Assembly (NCBI GenBank): GCA_030141605.1
Contig: JAQGDQ010000015.1
Coordinates: 372,001 to 436,000 of the forward strand
Direction: 5' to 3'
DNA length: 64,000 nucleotides
Origin: Tubiluchus corallicola
Lineage: Eukaryota > Animalia > Priapulida
The translations under genes were made by a program, and so were the position numbers. Of this stretch, positions 58,074-64,000 are shown one piece after another. The notes below the pieces were generated by a model. That model searched no databases. It saw only the letters and a list, made by a program, of their open reading frames with translations, and was not told the DNA's origin. Numbering within the stretch: the first letter of the stretch is position 1; each line of letters starts with the position of its first letter.

Positions 58074-61000
58074 CTAATGTTCTGTAGGTGTGAGAGTGAA
58101 AGCTGATTTCACCTCATTGAAAATTTTTGAGCGAACAGGTAGGTAGACGAGTGATGTAACAAACTTGCCATTTTCAACAGCATCAGCTTCTTTGACTATA
58201 AACGGCTGCATGATAAAAGATGATTGACTGGTGAGGTTGAATGGAGTAGCATAACAGATGGGCGGCTTCGAGTCGGTCTTCATTAGATTGTCCTTGTTTG
58301 CAGAAGCTGTATTACCAGTTTCACCATTTTCGGCACGCCTGACTACTTCGAATGATTCTGAGTTTGCGCTACAGCCATGTTCCTTTTGGAGATGATCGCG
58401 AAGTTGCGAGAAAAGTGTGGTGTTAAACTCACAAAATTTGCACTTGTACACTTCTATCGATGGAGACTGAGTTGACTCCTCTTGAAGTGTGGTGTGTGAA
58501 GTGCTGTGTTTTTTGTGCTTTGCTTTGATGTGCTGTTTGCATTCTATTTTCGACGAAAACCGTTCACCACATCTTGCACAACGGAAACGTTTCGCTTTTC
58601 CAGTAGAATTCCGCTTCAGGGTTCCTTCTGTTTGCACAAGACCTGGTTCCATACCTTTTGTTCTGCCATGAAGCAAAATGTGGCGCTGAAGCGAATGCTG
58701 ATAACGATAACTGCGGTTGCAGAACTTGCACACAAACTTTTTTGCCATAAATGGGCTAACATTTTGAACACCATGTCTTTTCTCATGAGCATACAAGTTA
58801 GATAACCATCTAGTTGAGTATGGACAAAACTGACAGGTGAAGTTGCGTTTCCTTGGAGTTCTACGTATTGTGGGATTCATAGCCATCTGCCATTCAAGCA
58901 TGCGTTGCTGGAACGATGAATGTTGCCAATGTGGAGCTGGCATTCCAGGCTGAGGGAGATTTGGAGGTATTCCTGTTATTTCATGATGACTTGCTTTTGG
59001 GTTAATTAAATGATCTTTTACAAGATGCACTTGCAAGCTCACATAGTCCTTAAAGTAGCCCCCACAAATGTCGCATGTCTTACCATCTGGTGCCTTAGCT
59101 GGAATGTTAGGCTTTGAGACTTGTTCTTTTAGCATGTCCCCATGGTCATTGATTAGATGTTGATGAAGCCATTTAACATTTTTAAATCTTCGCTCGCAGA
59201 AATGGCAGGTCTCCATAAATTGATTTGGATAAGCATTTTCTGACCCCTCTCTCGAATTGGCAGAATCGGCTGCAGAATCCATTTTTACTGCTCTTTCTTC
59301 TTCAGTATCTGATGCGATTCCATGTGCATTCTTCTTGTGCATGTCCAAAAAGTATTTGTTGGCAAACTCTTTACTGCAAAGATGACATCCTACAATATTG
59401 TTTACTTTTGTGCACTCAGATTTTGGAATAGGTAGACTAGCTGTTGTAGGAATGCTGCTAGGTGCTCCTCCTCCTGTAGAAGTAGCAGGACTTTTATCAT
59501 CCATCAGAATTCCATGCATTTTCAACATATGTGTCTTCAGAAAATATTTATTGCACAATTCTTTGTTGCAGATGTCACAAAAGTTTCGTCCTGTGAACAC
59601 ACCTGTTTTGCTATCTGGTGTAGTGGGAAGCTTAATTTCTTTACTGGTTGCTGGAGTTGGTTCACTTACTGGTGGCAGGTAGGCATTTGTAGTTCCCTGA
59701 GGCATATAGACTGGGTCAGGCTGAATCCCATGTATGTTAAGCTTGTGTGTTTTAAGGAAATATTTACTGCAAAATTCTTTTTTACATATGTTACAGTAAG
59801 ACTCAGGGTCAACTATGCCAGCAGAAGGATGTGTACGTATTTCAGCTGGTGTAAGGGGTGGCATTCCTGATGCAACAGCTGCAGCAGCCGCAGCCATCCT
59901 CTCGTGGAATGATTCCATCTGTTTCATTTCTGCAGACAAATGACGAGCTCGTTCTTGTTGAGCACGCTCCTGCATGGCAGACTGCTGTGCACGTTCTTGT
60001 ATAACAGACTGTTGCGCACGCTCATGTCCAGGCTGTTGTGCATTTAGACGAAGTTCTTCACTACTTAAAGGACGTTGACCTGGACTAACATTTATAATAT
60101 CTCGCATCTCTTGTGAGCGACTAGATGCTACTAATGACTCATCTGAGCTCAAAACACCATGCATGTTCAATTTGTGGGCTCGCAAGAAGTATTTGTTGCA
60201 AACTTCCTTGCCACAGAGATCACAAGTCACTCTTTCTTTCAGCTTTGCAGAATAAACTTCTTGCAGATGTTGGTTCACCATTGCATCTCTCATTTCCTCA
60301 GACATTTCTGATTCTTTCTGTTGTACTTCACGACCAAGCACATCATCTTGACTTGGCAAAATGCCATGGAAGTTAAACAAGTGAATCTGGAGAAATTCCT
60401 TATTAGCAAATTCTTGATTACAGATCCCACAGTTGATGGCAGTCTTTTCTGCATCATGTTCACTTGCTTTTGGGGTTGTTGAAGCCTTGCTGCTTGGAGA
60501 CAATGCTTCACCACTGTTCTTTCGTGCGGCAGTTGATTCATCATTGCCAGTGGAACCATGCTTCGACATTTTATGTTGCTGAAGGTAGTAATGGTTATGG
60601 AACACTTTATGACAAATGTCACACACAGCCTCTGCACGACTGTGCTCTCCTAAATCAGGAAGAGGTAGTTTAGGTGAAGGATCATCCCTGATTTGTTGCT
60701 GACCCGGCGAAATTTTTCCATGAGGTGCAAACAGCAATGCTGGGGGAACCATACTTGGTGGTGGTACCATAGTGGGAGACATAAGACTCATAGCTGAAAA
60801 TGACCAACCAGTATTGCTCATTTGAATTCCATGCATGTTCAATTTATGGCTGCGCAGAAAGTACTTGTTGCAGAACTGCTTTTTGCAGAGCTCACAGTAA
60901 GCTTCAGGATCGGTAACACCATTAGCTTCACTTACCAAACCATCTTGAACTTGAAATCCTTCTCCTTGTCCAACTGATTCAGGTGTTGCATCTATGGGCA

Positions 61001-62378
61001 GTTTGGGAGAAACAGGCTTGGAATCAGTAACTTTGTTTACCAACTGTGGTTTGTTGCCTATCATACTTGAGCTACTGCTGCTGGCAGGTGGAATACCATG
61101 AATATTTTGTTTGTGCTTCTTGAGGAAGTACTTGTTACAAAACTCCTTTTTACAAATGTCACAGTAAGCTTCTGGGTCAACAATTCCAGAGCCTTTCTTA
61201 GTACTACCAGGTGTAGGCATGCGAACAACATCAGGAACTGGCTTCTGTGGCATTTCTAACAGGGCAGAGCTGATGGCTGAATCTTTTCCAGTTGAAGACA
61301 TACTTGTAACTGTTGGTGTACTCACTGCAGAAACAACAGCGGGTGTAATGGCAGATGTGATACTGATGGTGGTGGAAGGTGTTGAAACTGGCATTGTTTC
61401 AACACCAGCAATACCATAAAGGTTGCTGAGGTACTGTGGCGCAGGAGGCTGAGGTGAATACTCTGAGTAGATTCCATGCTTATTGGCTTTGTGTGTTTTC
61501 AGAAAATACTTATTGCAGAACTCCTTGTTGCAAATGTCACAGTAAGCTTCAGGATTAAAGATGCGCATACCCGTACCATTCCCATTAGGCATCTGAGGTT
61601 GTCCTGGTACTCCTGTATTCAAAGGGCTGTCTATGCCATACATCATACTTGGAGGTAAATTTCCACTAACAGAACTTGCTACAGGCATTGGAATACCATT
61701 GTGGTAGCTCATGACGAACAGTTGGTTGGCAAGAGAAGATGCCATGCTATCAGCTGTGGTCATTTGTAATGGTGACATTTGCTGTGTAACTCCAAGCACA
61801 TTTTCTTCAGATGCCAGTTTGTACTCATTTTTGACATGGGTTTCCTGAAAGTGTATCTGGAGGTCTTCCCTGGACTTAAAATTGCTACTGCATCGGGTAC
61901 ATGGATACAATGAACTGTCTTCTGATCCTTGATTATATTCATTTTTGGCATGTGCTCCCTGAATATGTATCTGTAGCTCTTCTCTGGATTTAAAAGTGCT
62001 GCTACAATGCATGCATTGTAACTCTGAATCCAGTTCACCTGTGTCTTCTGTAGTCTTCTGTGCTTCCCCTTCTGCATCAGGTAGATTGGTTCGTGCAATT
62101 GTTGAAACTCGGATAGGATTTGACTGTTTGCGTCTCTTTCGACTAGAAATCTCACCATTTTCCTCAAAGGCCAATCGTTTAGTGCCACTTCCCTGAAACG
62201 AATCATCTGGTCTACTCTCACTGTCTGTCATTGCGGGTGAATGTTCCAAGTTTTCATTTTGAGGGAAATCATTGCCATCTTCATTGGATGACACTTCTTC
62301 ACTACTTTCAGCTATACTGCCTTCTGGAGGTTTCATGCCTGGGTAGATACTCACAGACTCCTCCATCATCATGGCCAT
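58074..62378 (-). CDS. Large multi-C2H2 zinc-finger protein (1434 aa, 17 dispersed fingers), probable transcriptional regulator
   Basis: Uninterrupted 4.3-kb ORF with 17 countable CxxC...HxxxH/HxxxxH fingers. A splice acceptor (ttttttgtag) lies just upstream so the exon starts at 62462, and an in-frame TGA precedes the ATG, so the whole CDS is in one exon. The 5' non-coding exon(s) lie further right. Confidence 0.92.
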   Translation of the reverse strand: MAMMMEESVSIYPGMKPPEGSIAESSEEVSSNEDGNDFPQNENLEHSPAMTDSESRPDDSFQGSGTKRLAFEENGEISSRKRRKQSNPIRVSTIARTNLPDAEGEAQKTTEDTGELDSELQCMHCSSTFKSREELQIHIQGAHAKNEYNQGSEDSSLYPCTRCSSNFKSREDLQIHFQETHVKNEYKLASEENVLGVTQQMSPLQMTTADSMASSLANQLFVMSYHNGIPMPVASSVSGNLPPSMMYGIDSPLNTGVPGQPQMPNGNGTGMRIFNPEAYCDICNKEFCNKYFLKTHKANKHGIYSEYSPQPPAPQYLSNLYGIAGVETMPVSTPSTTISITSAITPAVVSAVSTPTVTSMSSTGKDSAISSALLEMPQKPVPDVVRMPTPGSTKKGSGIVDPEAYCDICKKEFCNKYFLKKHKQNIHGIPPASSSSSSMIGNKPQLVNKVTDSKPVSPKLPIDATPESVGQGEGFQVQDGLVSEANGVTDPEAYCELCKKQFCNKYFLRSHKLNMHGIQMSNTGWSFSAMSLMSPTMVPPPSMVPPALLFAPHGKISPGQQQIRDDPSPKLPLPDLGEHSRAEAVCDICHKVFHNHYYLQQHKMSKHGSTGNDESTAARKNSGEALSPSSKASTTPKASEHDAEKTAINCGICNQEFANKEFLQIHLFNFHGILPSQDDVLGREVQQKESEMSEEMRDAMVNQHLQEVYSAKLKERVTCDLCGKEVCNKYFLRAHKLNMHGVLSSDESLVASSRSQEMRDIINVSPGQRPLSSEELRLNAQQPGHERAQQSVIQERAQQSAMQERAQQERARHLSAEMKQMESFHERMAAAAAAVASGMPPLTPAEIRTHPSAGIVDPESYCNICKKEFCSKYFLKTHKLNIHGIQPDPVYMPQGTTNAYLPPVSEPTPATSKEIKLPTTPDSKTGVFTGRNFCDICNKELCNKYFLKTHMLKMHGILMDDKSPATSTGGGAPSSIPTTASLPIPKSECTKVNNIVGCHLCSKEFANKYFLDMHKKNAHGIASDTEEERAVKMDSAADSANSREGSENAYPNQFMETCHFCERRFKNVKWLHQHLINDHGDMLKEQVSKPNIPAKAPDGKTCDICGGYFKDYVSLQVHLVKDHLINPKASHHEITGIPPNLPQPGMPAPHWQHSSFQQRMLEWQMAMNPTIRRTPRKRNFTCQFCPYSTRWLSNLYAHEKRHGVQNVSPFMAKKFVCKFCNRSYRYQHSLQRHILLHGRTKGMEPGLVQTEGTLKRNSTGKAKRFRCARCGERFSSKIECKQHIKAKHKKHSTSHTTLQEESTQSPSIEVYKCKFCEFNTTLFSQLRDHLQKEHGCSANSESFEVVRRAENGETGNTASANKDNLMKTDSKPPICYATPFNLTSQSSFIMQPFIVKEADAVENGKFVTSLVYLPVRSKIFNEVKSAFTLTPTEH

Positions 62379-64000
62379 TCCTCGATCACGTATTGCAAAT
62401 TAAATTCTCTTCTCATCAGCTAGATTCCAACTTTTTGAGTATCTTCACCTCTTGTCCTTTACCTACAAAAAATCAACAAACTATAAATACATTATAACAC
62501 AATAAACTAAAACAGCAATTTATCCAGTTGCCAATTTAAGTTACATGGTTGTTTGGTGTTAAGACCAAGGACAGACTCAATTTGCAGTGCAACTTAACTG
62601 TTTTCTCAACATCCACCCACCTATTGCTAATGATTATCAGCTAGAGAAAGCTAATAAATTCAAATAAGAAAGGAATAAATTTCTAGTCAAAGATAAGTAA
62701 CAAATAAAATAAAAATTTACATCAGAAATACATAAAGCAATGTATACTGGAACACTGACATCAGTAACTGGTGTCCTTTAACAGCAAATAATTTAAACAC
62801 AATGCAAAACAATATATTTAACAAGTTTAGAGTAGCAAATTTAGAACATGCAGTAAATGTACTGTTTTATATTTACTCTGTTTTTTAAAGGTTAAGTAGG
62901 TTACTTAAATTACTGATACACTGCATTTTTTGGATTTCAATAACTAATAATTTCAATTTTTATATTCAACTGAACTTTAAAGGATTGTGTTTAATATTAT
63001 GTTGTTATAATATTGTGTTATATTATGTTATGCATTATGTTATGCAACTTATGTCCAATATACAAGGTTTAATCTAATACTAGTGTTTAGCAACAAGTAC
63101 GTGTATTTAATGGCACTTGCAATAATGACAACAGTTTTAACGAAATTTAGTTATAATACCTTTGTTTAAAAATTGATAAAATGTTTCAAAGATTTGTACA
63201 GCATTCTACAGTAAAGAAAGTTCAAATTATAAAATTTTTTAAGAAAAACAAAACTAATTACCTGTTTAATTATCCTAAGTAAGAATTTCATTAAAAACAT
63301 ATTAGTGGATGGATCACTGTTGAATTCATACTTGTTTTAGAATTTTAATCTACGATTCAGTTGTTTCTTTTTGATTGGCAACAGCCCTTTTCATTCGCTG
63401 TGTTTGCTTAAAAATTGTTCAATAGGGTTAGAAAATCAAAATTATGTTTATTTAAATTGAAACACGATTTAAATGGATGACTTTTCAAATCATGGTACAT
63501 AATGCTTGGAAAATGCCAATTTACAATTAGAAAATTATTATTTAGAAATTCTATTTCGTGATTTTTATTTTGTGAAAGAGTATGTAGTTTTGCCAATACA
63601 GTTTAGTTTGAATTTTTGTAAAATTTAAAGTTTCAGCATACTTGCCATACTACTTCGCTAGTCTATCTGCAAAAATACCACACATGGTAAGGAGCCCTGG
63701 GTAAAGGCATCGAAGAGAAGGAGATACAAAACAAAACTAAATTTGACAATAAGAGCAAATTAAAAAATAACAAAAATCCGTGTTTTACTTTATTTGAAAA
63801 ACAAAAAATACTTTTTTAAATCACTTCGTCAAACTCGATTATTCAAATCAAGATTGGACAATCTCATCTTTGACAAAACAGAAAGGTAAAGATAAATGTT
63901 CTGCAGCAGAAATTAGTACTCTTTCATTAGGTAGTTGAAGAAGTTTAATTCTTAGCGTGAACTTTTTGCGGATTATAAGGAAAAACACTCTAGTACGGCA

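Noticed and set aside
58489-62497. Many short ORFs overlapping the zinc-finger gene on the opposite strand or in other frames
   Set aside because: Shadow ORFs of the long coding sequence with no protein motifs.

Overview
AT-rich animal genomic DNA with spliceosomal GT-AG introns. It is probably a protostome invertebrate, inferred from gene content, CTCF-like motifs and bantam/miR-279 seed sites. Four protein-coding genes can be built by hand. (1) CFAP57/WDR65 on the minus strand has at least 12 coding exons from 17521 running off the window start, plus a probable non-coding first exon near 21.4 kb. (2) A 4-exon antisense gene nested in a CFAP57 intron (5117-8570, +) encodes a type I membrane protein: signal peptide, C-type lectin domain, a WSC domain split by a Ser/Thr-rich insert carrying an RRKR furin site, TM helix and short tail. 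(3) ALKBH7 (21639-24051, +) is head-to-head with CFAP57 across a short promoter with an RFX X-box. (4) A single-coding-exon, 1434-aa protein with 17 dispersed C2H2 zinc fingers (58074-62378, -) has a FOG/SALL-type NuRD motif and a 3' UTR with a cluster of conserved miRNA 8mer sites (let-7 x2, miR-279, miR-9, bantam). CFAP57 introns hold two TA-flanked Tc1/pogo-type elements, a 5'-truncated RTE-like LINE, foldback and minisatellite repeats, a 5S-derived fragment and microsatellites. About 32 kb between ALKBH7 and the zinc-finger gene has no convincing coding sequence. It does contain CTCF-like motifs, X-boxes, a promoter-like patch with a heat-shock element and a pre-miRNA-like hairpin. All homology calls are from recalled family motifs; no database search was run.
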